Below, piece by piece: positions 25,298 to 36,222 of a DNA stretch of 64,000 nucleotides; position 1 is the first letter of the stretch, and each line of letters begins with the position of its first letter. The translations under genes were made by a program, and so were the position numbers. Source of the stretch: Marsupella aquatica (lineage: Eukaryota > Plantae > Marchantiophyta); contig OZ316895.1 of assembly GCA_973895155.1 (NCBI GenBank), forward strand, positions 2,653,659 through 2,717,658, in the 5' to 3' direction. Below the pieces are notes generated by a model that was not told the DNA's origin, did no database searches, and saw only the letters and a list, made by a program, of their open reading frames with translations.

Positions 25298-26655
25298 AGC
25301 TATCCAACACCAAGCGCGCAAGCTCTCCTCCTGCCCTCCCTCACTTCAAAAAACGTCGAATGGGCCTCATAACCCAGCGGGAAGGTCCGAATGCCCAGAC
25401 AAAACACATTTGCGATGCAGTCCGCATCGCAATTTGCGAATCAGCCTGCTTCGCAACTAGTATCTCAACTTTCCAAAACCAACCACACGCTTCGCAAAGC
25501 CTTCGCAAAGCTGCAGAGACGCAAAAAAACGCTCTTGGGCTCTGTTTTTCCGAAGCTGTTGCGAAATATTTTGCTTCGCAAATAATGTGACCAAATTCTG
25601 AAGCAGGTTGCGAAGCAGGTCGGTTCTCAATATCGTGGCAATTCCTGGCAAATTTTTTTTTCACATTCTTTCCCTCCTCCTTTTGTTTAGGCCATGTAAG
25701 TTATACTATGCCCTTTTGTGTAATTAAGAAATTCCGCCGTTTCAAATCCCGGCGTTTGTTAGGGTTGGGTCTTGGATGAAGCTGGTTTTTTTAGGGGTTA
25801 AAAGCGAGATTACCAGTCAAACCTTCCGTTTTTTAAGCTATACATGGTGTGGGTGTAGGCTAATTTTGATAAGAGTTGGGTTTTGGTTTAAAATTAATAA
25901 GTGAGGAAAGGGCTTAGGATTAAAGTTGGGTTTGGGTTTAGGGTTTAAGTCTTTAATTTTGGGTTTAAGCAGGGTTTGCATTTATGGTTGTAGGCTTTTA
26001 GGGTTCAAGCAAGGGTTTAGGGTTTAAAACAAAAGAGAGGAAGGGGATTGGGAGTGAGGGTCTAGGTTTTTGTAATAGGTCAGAGGTTTGGGGGTGAGGG
26101 TTTGGAAAAGGCAAAGCAAGGTTAGATGAGATTAATGTTTTAGTTGTTTTACCATGGGTTTTAATGGGTTTTAATGGGTTTTATGGATCTTTTGGGTTTT
26201 AATGGTTTTTCCATGGGTTTTATGCTAACAAAGGAGGAGGAGCTATGACAACTTGCAGGGTGCGGCACTTTTGCATGAATTGATACTAGCTAATGCGTAT
26301 GCATCGTGAGAGCCCGGGCATCTAGAGGTACGGACTAAAATAGATGGGTCTAGTTAGGCTTATTCATGTAATTAAAAATTTTGGTTCCCACTATCTATAA
26401 AGAGGACATGTATGTAAGGTGTTCGCTTTGTGTACTTGCAGCTTTTCGCATACTTCCAGATTCGGTTCATTATTTTAGAGCCACAAGACCTATTGGCACC
26501 GCTGAGCCTGGGTCTCAGAAAGGTATTTTTTAGTGTTCCTTTTGTGTTTGGTTTCATGTCATCATTACTTGAGAACTTACATTTGTCCAGCTTGATATTG
26601 TGATGTTATTTGGTAATAACCCCTAACTTGCAAATTATACATCTTTGTAGGGGCA

Positions 26656-27806
26656 ATGTCTTCATCTTCTGAGATCTCCACCACAGATTCTTCCTCCTCC
26701 GATGAAGATATACCACCTCCTCCTCAACCTCACACGACTGCACCTCCTCCTCGTGGTCCACCCCGTCAGCTTTGCCAATGTGCCAAATGTGTGGGTCAGG
26801 TTTCCCAAAAGTCCTATATATGCACCCAGCATATTGAGAGATATGGACGTTACGGACGTCATACAACAGGGGCTTCCTCATCCCATGTGGTAAGTGTTTA
26901 CGCCTTAGTTTCTACCCTATTTCCACATCGCAATGGTGAAGGTTTTTAATTTCACACCTCTTGTTGTTTGTTTTGGTTTGGGTGGAATAGGTATCTAGTA
27001 GGCCTAGACCTGCGGCATCAGCACCTTATGTCCCATCACAAGGTGTTCTAGATGCTATAGGCAATGCATTCTCACAAGCCTTGGGTCTAGCAACAGCCCC
27101 TTCCAGTCCTAGGGCAGTTGGGGGTGAGCCTGTTGTCCCAAGAGGGAGAAAGCATTCCAAGAGACGGCCCCGAGGGGATATTGATTTGTACAAGGCAGTG
27201 GTTACCGGTAGGTGGGGTGATTGTGAGTTTACTGGCAGATGTGTTCCTATCATCAAGGACTGGGATCCCCAGACTCTTGGTTTGCCACAAGAGCTTTCCT
27301 ATGGTGAGGAGGTAGAGGTTTGGGGAAGACGTTGGGTTATCAAACCTTCCACACTTGGGGATAGACATGGCTATGGAGTTTTTGCTTGTGAAGACATCAT
27401 TGTGGATACCGAGAGTGGTAGTGGTGGACGCAGTCGAGAAGGACCTACGTTGTTTCCTTATGGTGGACCCATCTACAAGAGAAGACATTGGAACATGATC
27501 CTTGCACAACATCCTGAGTGGAAGACTTATGCCTTGGAGTTAGATACTTTTGATGGAAACACTAGGAGGTATAGTGAGCAGCGGGTGATAGATGGGGACC
27601 CCATACAAACTGGGAATATAGCTGGTTTCATAAACAGTACTGTGGGGACTCGCCCCAAGCGTAGGCAAAATTGTGAGTGGGTTTTCATTGAGGGTCCTCC
27701 ACCAGCCCCTTATGGCCAGACATATCATCATGACCATTGTCTGGTTGTAGCTACTAGGACCATTCACTCAGGTGATGAGTTGTTTACTCACTATGTGTGG
27801 GATTAG
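26656..27806 (+). CDS. CACTA-encoded SET-domain protein, ~349 aa. Exons 26656-26889 and 26991-27806
   Basis: Exon 1 has CQCAKC-x11-HIERYG (transposase-associated Zn-like). Donor GTAAGT at 26890 and acceptor AG at 26989-26990 are in frame. SET motifs in order: IKPSTLGDRHGYGVFACEDI, PYGG, IDGD..GNIAGFINS, VVATRTIHSGDELFTHY. No stops. Confidence 0.85.
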
Positions 27807-27949
27807 AAAATGACCATACACATGGCGTTTGGCCACATTTTGTATTTACACCAGTACCGATATTATTTCATGTTTGCACACCCCCATATATTCTTCTACA
27901 TGTTGTAACTATTTTCTTTGTAACTTTCAATTGTTTGCATTGTTTTTAG

Positions 27950-30900
27950 AATGTGCGACCCTCTCAAAATATGTTACCGCGAAGATTGAGAGCAACATAT
28001 CGGGAAATGGGTATGCCGGAAGAAGGACAAGGCTCTGAGTCACATTCCTCATCAAGTGACAGTGGAAGCAACAACCCTGATCGCAATGTACCCAGAACAT
28101 ATGAACAGGTTATTGATGACCAAGATAGAGCCATGGATGATTTTATGGTTGATTGGTTTGGTGTTGACGTCCCTGGTGATGATGCTGAGGTGTCTGCTGA
28201 TCAAGGAGGTCATGTGCCCCCCAATGATCCACGACCAAGACATACCCCCGAGGGACAGCGCCAATGGGAGGAAGCAGAGGAACGTGCCCGAACTCCTATC
28301 TATGAGGGTGCTCGTTTGAGTCGTCTTTCTGCTATCTTGGGGTTGATGAATCTACAGGCCAAACACAAGGCAAGCAATGCCTTGTTATCTGATATGTTTG
28401 CACTTTGCCATGACCTTATGTTACCTTCTGGCAATGTGTTGCCAGGAACTTGGAAGGAGGCCAAGCGTGTTCTCTCATCAATTGGCATGGAATATCACAT
28501 CATTCATGCATGTGTGAATGATTGCATGTTATTTCATGGGGCCGATGAGAAGAAGACAGAGTGTACTGAATGTCATGAGCCACGGTATGACCCCAACATG
28601 ATTACAAAGAAGGTGCCAAGAAAAGCTGTTCGTTGGTTTCCCATCATTCCTCGGTTGTTGCACATGTACAGGTGTTCTGATTTGGCAGAGTTGATGGTAT
28701 GGCATAAGACTCATCGATCAGAGCCTGGTGTTATGCGGTTGCCAATTGACTCTCCTGCAGTCAAACATATTGAGGAAACATGGCCAGACTTTGCACATGA
28801 TCCTCGTCATGTGAGGTTGGGATTGGCATCTGATGGGGTTAGTCCTCATGCCCTTGGAGGCAAGGGAAGACCTACATCAGTTTGGCCTGTGGTTGTGATG
28901 AATTACAACCTTCCACCATGGCTATCCATGAAGAAGGGGTTCCTCTTGCTGTCTTTGATTATTCCAGGTCCAAAAAAGGTGAAGAACTTTGACACTTATT
29001 TGGCACTATTGATTGGAGAACTCCAAAAACTGTGGGGTGGAGTGTGGGCATATGATGGCAGGAAAAATACAGGAGGCATTCCACGTGTATTTAAATTGAG
29101 AGGGGTAGTTTGTTGGACAATGCATGACTATCCTGGTAAGATGACTTTTTGACCATATGCCACCCTTCTTTGATATGCTCTTTAATATACTTGTTTGTCA
29201 TGTGACAACCCTAACATTTAGTCTGGTTTTATTTTTGGTGTAACCAGGGTTTGGCTTTGTCTCTGGATTGCAAACTCAGGGGTACAAAGCTTGCTCCACC
29301 TGTGGTCCACAATTGCAAGATATGGCGATTTGGTCCCCATGGCTTAGGAAGATTGTTTACATTGGGCATACAAAGTTTCTTCCGATGGGGCATGAGATGA
29401 GGTCTGACCCACTTTTATTTTCCTGCTTTGACATGCCCCTTGGTGATATGCGGGAAATTCCGGAACCAACAACTTTTGGGCATTGGAAGTCACTAGCTGA
29501 TAGGGTGGCAGACCCTGATGATCCCCTCACCTTTGATGGTACTGGGTTGACGAGGTGGAGTATACTAGCCAGTTTGCCCTATTGGTCAGAGTTGAAGATC
29601 CGCCATCTTTTAGACCCCATGCACATAGAGGGAAATGTGGGGAAGGCGTTGATAGCTCATTTTTATGGGGAGAAGGACACTAACTTCAGGGAGGCATGTG
29701 AAGAGTTGGAAATGCATCCAGATGTATGGGTACAAGTTGATCCTGCCACAGGTTTGGAACATCATCCTTCTGCTCCTTGGGTGCTTAGTGTTGGCCAAAG
29801 ACGTGAATTCCGAAATCGTATAGGGGAGATGCGGTTTCCTACAGGCTATGGTGCCAATTTGAGGAAAGCTTTTGGGATGGAGGACAATCACAAATGGCCA
29901 CGGTATCTCAAGACACATGACTATCACCACTTATTGCAGCATATATTGCCAGTGGCAATTATAGGGTTGGGGACCAAAGAAGTGCAAGATGCCATTTGGT
30001 CATTGGGTCGTTTGTTGAGATGGATATGCTCAAAGGAGATATATGTGGAAGAGATTCCTGGAATGGAGGTATTGGCTGCTGAGGTGGTTTGCAAGTTGGA
30101 GAAGGCCCTCCCTCCTTCCTTCTTTGATTGTCAAGTTCATTTACTTGTGCATCTTGTGAGGGAGGTTGCCATTGCTGGTCCAGTTCATTGTCGATGGATG
30201 TACTGGCTTGAGCGTTACATGTCAGTCTTGAAGGCTTATGTACGTAACCGTGCACGAGTGGAGGGAAGCATAGCTACAGGATACTTGGCTGCAGAGAGCA
30301 TGTTTTATTGTAGTAACATCTTGGCCACCATTGATCGGACTTTACCACGTACTTGGATGGAGGAGAGGCAAGAGGAGGAGGACCGTTTAACAGGAGCAAC
30401 AAAAACACGCATGCTTACATCAACAGAGTGGACACAGTTGAATACATTCATGTTGAGTAATAGCAATGTCATGGATGAATGGAGGGAGTTTTATGACAAT
30501 GCCAAAAGAATGAGTCAAAGGGCAAGGATTTTTTCTAAGTTGCATGAGTTTATGAAGGAAAAGTTGGTTGAGTTGGATGGCATTTTGGCACAAGGAGGAG
30601 ATGTCTCACAGTTTCCTACTATGACAAATGACATTCGGACCATTGTTCATGGCCCTTTGAGAGTGGTAACATCCAAGACGGCCATGTGGACCCAAGGGAG
30701 ACACTTCAGGTTTCACTAGTTCCTAACCTTGTTTTCCATATTCATGTACTACTACTTAAGATATAGTAATCATTTTACTTAAGATAAGTGTGTTTTTCTC
30801 TTTTGGTATGAAAGGTTCCTCATAACATGATTAGTGTTTTTTGTGTAGTAGTAACAATATATGGGTCTTGTTAATTTCAGGATTTCTTCCCTTGATGAGA

Positions 30901-31359
30901 AGAGGGCTCGTACTTTTGATTGTGGAGTTCAAGGGCAGTTTTGTCAGGACTCCCGGAGTAGCCGACATGACAGGAACATTGTTCGTGATGTTGTGCCACA
31001 CTATGGGAAGATAGAGGAGATTTTGGTGGTCTCATATGACAACCAATCTAAGTTTGAGGAGTATGTCTTCAAGTGCAAGTGGTTCAAAGTGAACCTTGTT
31101 GGTAATAATCGCACTGTACTCCAAGATGAGAGTGGGTTTACACGGTTGAGGACAAGTGCCACTAGTTTTCAAGCATCTCATTGGCAAACGTCAGAGCCAT
31201 TTACTTTCCCATCTCACTTGGAGCAATGTTTCATACCCCTTAGACCCAGAGTGGTCAATTGTCATCACATATGTGCCACGGTCTCGTTCCATTGTTTCAG
31301 ACAAGCCAGACACTATTTTTGTGTCAGATGTAGAGGACATTGAAGGTGACCAAGTGTGA
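27950..31359 (+). CDS. CACTA transposase TnpD (Transposase_21, DUF4218, DUF4216-like). Exons 27950-29135, 29248-30709, 30881-31359, probably preceded by 26656-26889; frameshift near 31230
   Basis: Motifs IHACVNDCMLF, RLGLASDG, WPVVVMNYNLPPW, MHDYPG, LDPMHIEGNV, LKTHDYH, HLLVHL, GPVHCRWMYWLERY, FKCKWF. Intron phases match at 29135/29248 and 30709/30881. The C-terminus DPEWSIV lies in a shifted frame. Confidence 0.93.
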
Positions 31360-32262
31360 GAGACACTTATGGATATTTAAACAAAAAAATCTATATCATG
31401 GATTGTTCATGTTGTTTCTTAATTAATATTTCATACACCATTAGTGTGGTAGGTATTTTCATTTTGGACTCCTACTTTCAAAAGAGGTCATGCATATAAG
31501 TGGCATGGCTTATCCCTCCCTTATCCCTCCTCCCTCTTTGAACCCAAACTCTCCTTCCTCTTCCAAAAACTCCATAGCTTTTTCTCCTCCCTCCCTCTTC
31601 GCTAAAGTCTCTCCTATTTTTAGTAAACCCTCTTTGGACTCCCTTCTTCCTCCGTCCCTCATCCACCTTCCAACTCCCTTCCTCCCTCTTTCACCTTTCA
31701 CCTCCCTCCCTCCTCCTCCCCCATTCAAACTCTAACCTAGATGCACACACAAGTCTAACATAAACGTTTGCGAATTGTTTGCGAAACTAAACAAATCCCA
31801 ACCAAATCGCAATTCTGCCATTTAAACCGTTTCTCAATTATTCCATACTATACGCTTCACTATTTTGCGATATCCAGACCATCCCACCTTTACCATCCAC
31901 ATCGTTTCGCACATTTGCCATACAAACCCATCGCAAATTGTTTGAAGCTAACCTTTTTGCAAACATCCTCCAATACTAATTGTTTCGCATCATTAATGTT
32001 ACCGTGGTTTTGGACTTTCGAAGCGGTCGCGGAGCCTTCGTAATGTGTTTTGTAATCTCTGTAGTTTTGCAAAATATTGTGATACAATAAAGTTCGCAAA
32101 ATGTTTGCGATGCAAATCGCATGGAAGACCAAGTTGCGATACCACAAGTATCGCAAATTGCGATGCGTATTGAGTCATCAACGATTTGAAGCATCTGGAA
32201 TCGCAAACGTGTGTCCGGACGCAAATGAGCTTCGCAAAAGGGCAAAATATGTTGCAGTGGCT

Positions 32263-34589
32263 GCGATTTGTAGCACATGATGCTGGTCACTGTGCACTTG
32301 AGCAGAGGGATTTGGAAAAGGTTGAATTGTAAGGTCATTCCTTTTACAGGGGAAGGAAGGGCTGCATGGGATTTGCTACATGAAGTTCACAGAATTAAGG
32401 AACCAACTCTAAAATTCTCGACATTGGTAAGAGGACTGCGCTTGTCATAACCATTTCGTTCCATGATCTATGCTTATATTTTTCTGAACTGCAATTATCC
32501 ATATAAAGCTTGCAATTCTTATGTCATTGCCCTCTACAGTGCACGATGTTAGGAGAGTTGCAGCATCTAGTCCTAAAAGCAACAAAATTGAACATAGGGA
32601 CAACATTTGAGAGCTGGCCAGACCTGAAAAAATTAGTTGTGGATGAGCGTGTGGGCACAGAGAGACTTCTGGTGACTGATAAGAAAGATGATTATAAGTG
32701 GAAATTGAGATGCAAAGTGAGTACATGCCCTTAGAGGCTGAGAGCTACAAGTCCAGAACAAAGATAATTACCATTACAAAAACCTGTCTGCAACACACTT
32801 GTGAACGTGCTGATCATTACAAACGGCAAATGCACAACAACTCTGATAGGCTTGTAGACAAAATCATGGATATCATTGCCAAGAATAGGCAAACACGACC
32901 ATCTTTCCTGAGAGATTTAGCTCAAGCTTGGGTCCATCCTGACATCAAATACCATACGGCATATGCTGCAAAACATCGGTGCTTGAAGCGACTTGATGGA
33001 GATGAAACAAAATCCTTCCATCTCATACCAGCCCATTGTCATCACATCCTTGAGCGGGATCCCACTGGAGTTGCAAAGTATAGGGCACCTGATGGTCATC
33101 TATACCTGTTATTTGTCTGCCCTTCAACATCCAAGGAAGCATTCCGTCACTATAGGCCCATGGTTGCATTAGATGGAACTCATACTCGATGCATGTACCC
33201 TGGCATTTTGCTGTTGGCCACTTGCTTGGATGCTAATAACACTGTCATCTTACTAGCATATATCTTACTAGCATATGCTTGGGTGCCGTCTGAGAATGAG
33301 GCAAACTGGCTGGTCTTCCTGAATTTATTGAGAGATGCAATTCCAGATTTGTGTCGCCCTGGTGTTGTATTTATTTCTGATCGAGAGAAAGGTCTAACTG
33401 ATGGAGTGCCTGAAGTTTTTCCCCATGGACATCCGACATATTGCACATGGCATCTTGGGGAGAATGTGCAGAAGCACTATGGTAAGGAGATGAGAAAGCT
33501 TTTTGATGCATGATTGCCTTATGCTGTTACACCAACCAAGTATGAGCTGCAACTATAGGCAATTGAGGAGAAGAATAAGCCGGCTGCAGAATACATCTGT
33601 AGGACAGCAGACCCCAAGTACTACTCCAAGGCCTACTTTCCATCTAGAAGGTTTGTGATGCAGTGGAACTCTCTCCTTCAATTATACTTTACAATGTTCT
33701 TGCCTTTCCATGAAGTATTTTGTTCTTCTAACTAATTTTGATGGGTGTAATGGATTTCACATGTTGCCGTACGTGGGGACATGAAACCTCACAACAAGCA
33801 GAGAGTAGTAATAGGGCATTGAAACCTCGACGCCAGGAATTAACATTGAACATGTCCCAGAAAATTTGGGATTATATGATGGTGAAGTATTTTGAGAAGC
33901 AGGAGTTGGCTGAAACCATAACAAGCCCCCAGGTAACATCATGGCCACTTTGAATGAGGTGGAAGAAAAGGCTGCTCATTTTACTGCCCATCCATCCCAT
34001 GCAAATGAGGTCAGAATCACTGATGATAATAACCGACAATTTCTAGTGCAGCTTGAGCCAGAGTGGTCATGCAGTTGTGGTGAATTCTAGGACACTTTGC
34101 TGCCTTGTTTACATGCATGGCGAGCAATTAGTTGGCTGAAAAAATGTCACTATGATTATGTTTCTCCCTACTACAGCACTGAGACATTTAAGAAGACCTA
34201 TGAGTGTCATATGTTGGCTTTGATGAGAGATGGGCTTGTTCCAGACCCTTGGTGTGGTCCTCCATTGAAGGATGCTCCTCCATTGAAGGACCACAGAGCG
34301 ATTAAGGATGCGGTTTGATGAGGAGGAGGTGTGCAGATTACCAAGGAAGTGTGGGGCCTGTGGAGCATGAGGCCATGATCGTCGGAATTTCCCGGAACGT
34401 CAAGCAGCTAAGCAAGTTGTAGAAGGAGGAAGCACTGATGTGGCAATTGGTTCACCTGGAGATGGAGAGGACTGTGATGTGAATGTGGAAGAGGAAGCCA
34501 CTCACACTATCAATGGTTGGGGTTCACAGGAGAGCATGAACATTGGAAGCTTCTCACAATTACTAGCTACAATGGAAACCCAATCGTGA
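32263..34589 (+). pseudogene. MuDRA-type transposase pseudogene (MuDR N-domain, MULE DDE domain, SWIM, Zn knuckle)
   Basis: IGTTFESW..LRCKVSTCP*RLRA; PMVALDGTH..ATCLDANN..FISDREKGL..YCTWHL; SWIM CSCGEF*DTLLPCLHA; knuckle CGACGA*GHDRRN. Stops at 32732, 33511, 34088 and 34368, plus frameshifts. Confidence 0.92.
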
Positions 34590-34994
34590 TGCAATATGTA
34601 GGTTTAGTCCAATGTAGCTTTAGTGGAGTGCAGGTTCGGAGACAAATTTATGGAACTATTTCTATTTCTTACCTTTATCAACAGCCTTGTGTTGTGTTCA
34701 ATGTTCATGAACTGGCCAGAACAGTTCACAAAAATCATTGTTTTTGAGACACCTCAATGAATGCAAGTATCCAGGTTATGTTTTTGATATACAGCTTGAG
34801 TTGGAATGAATGAAAACGTGAGTTGGAATGAAAGAGAAAACATTGTATTGCTTACAAAATTTGCCTTTGAGGGCCATACATCAAAACTGGAAGCAAATGC
34901 TTTGCTGTGGACTCAAAAGACAGAGTACTACCAGGAGCTGATAAATGCAGCAAACTAAGAACTATACTGGACAGAACTATAGCAAGTTTGTTCT

Positions 34995-35579
34995 CTATAG
35001 ATAGCCAGCTGCATGTCCTCGCCTAATGCGCATGAGTCCATCCTATAAGTATGCACATGCCTCCTGCTTGGTCTAAAAACTTTTAAATTTACACCCACTA
35101 AACCCATACACCTGTTGATTGCATGCCTCCCATGTCTCATAGATGCCAGGGGTAAAGGCACGCACAACCGCATAATATCTACGTTTCTGTCCAGGAAGGA
35201 CACCCATTAGGTGGTCAGAAGGTGGTTCTTGCTCAATTGCCATATTCGTAGGTGCTGGTGTTGGTTTTGTGCCATGCTCTGGTTCAAATGTCATGTTCAT
35301 AGATGCTTGACGAGTACCCTGTTCCTCCAAATAATCAAAAACTAATTTTCCTTCATTCTGCATAGCCCTAGTTGTTTGCATCTGCATAAGACAAACAGTA
35401 GCAGCTGGGCTCGGGGCTGGGCTTGTTTGCTCCCGTGTAGTCTTGAGCCAAATCTGCACCTTGTCCTGACCCATCTCCATGGCATTGGACATAAATTGAA
35501 AAATAGATCCAATGACACCCAACATTGCCCAAATACATACTGCAAGTGCCTCAAGAATGGAGCTTGAGGTGTTTGACAT
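34995..35579 (-). pseudogene. MULE second gene with a C-terminal RNase H1 N-terminal hybrid-binding (Cauli_VI-type) domain
   Basis: YYAVVRAFTPGIYETWEACNQQVYGFSGCKFKSF*TKQEACAYL matches the RNase H1 HBD pattern YAV.G..PG.Y..W..C..QV.G.....K.F....EA..F/Y. A premature TAG at 35073-35075 lies inside the domain. Hydrophobic N-terminal segment. Confidence 0.8.
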
Positions 35580-35821
35580 TGTTTGTCTCTTGGGTGGCCC
35601 TTGGTCGGCAGTCACCAGTAGAGGGCACAGTCACTGGTAGAGCTCGATTGATCAGCGCTCGGAAACAGATGGCAAATGACAAGCTCAATGGCTGCAATCG
35701 TAGCCGACACGAGAAGCTACAACTGATTGTAGAGCTGAGAGCTGGCCAGAAATTGCTCAGCGTTGAGCTTGAGCACTTATAGCTACGATGGCCCCTAAAT
35801 CCGTAGCTGCAATGTGAGTTA

Positions 35822-36222
35822 TCTCTCAAGGAAAGGTGCGCAGCTTCAATGTGAGTTTTCCATCTACAAAGGTGCACAGGTGCTTGTTGAGGTGCTCGAC
35901 ATTTTCCTGAAGGAAACGTTGAGCCTGTGCTGCCGGGGCCGACTCGGGCGCTGCGGGAAGCGGAGACCCCTTTTTTTGGGGGAGGGAAGTTGTCGGGCGT
36001 GTATGCATGCCTTACAAGGGTGGGGCAGGGCCGGGCATAGGGGAGCGACCGTCGGTTAAGGTAGCCAACCCGGGTTTGAGCCGGCCAATGACGTGCTTCT
36101 GGAGGCGCGAATACAGGTTATGGCAACCGGCGACGGTTTGGGGGGTAGTATTGTAATTAAATTAGTTAGGGGGTTACATTTGTAATAACCTCTAGTTTGG
36201 GGGTCAACTTAGTAAAAAGCTG
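35822..36222 (-). repeat. Right TIR of MULE
   Basis: Ends ...GGGGTCAACTTAGTAAAAAGCTG, the inverted counterpart of 21969-22296. Confidence 0.92.

Larger units (their letters stand above)
22590..32259. mobile_element. CACTA (En/Spm) transposon, 9,670 bp, nested in the MULE
   Basis: Left end CACTACAACA..CCCTTTTGCGAA, right end TTCGCAAAAGGG..TGTTGCAGTG. 3-bp TSD GCT at 22587-22589 and 32260-32262. Dense TTCGCA/TGCGA subterminal repeats at ~22610-23005 and ~31765-32240. Encodes TnpD. Confidence 0.95.
21969..36222. mobile_element. Mutator-like element (MULE), 14,254 bp including the nested CACTA
   Basis: Long TIRs starting CAGCTTTTTACTAAGTTGACCCCCAAACTAGA, exact 10-bp TSD TTAAATCAAA at 21959-21968 and 36223-36232, and an internal MuDRA-type transposase pseudogene. 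Confidence 0.95.

Noticed and set aside
35826-36008. 60-aa ORF
   Set aside because: Lies within the right MULE TIR and has no domain signal.
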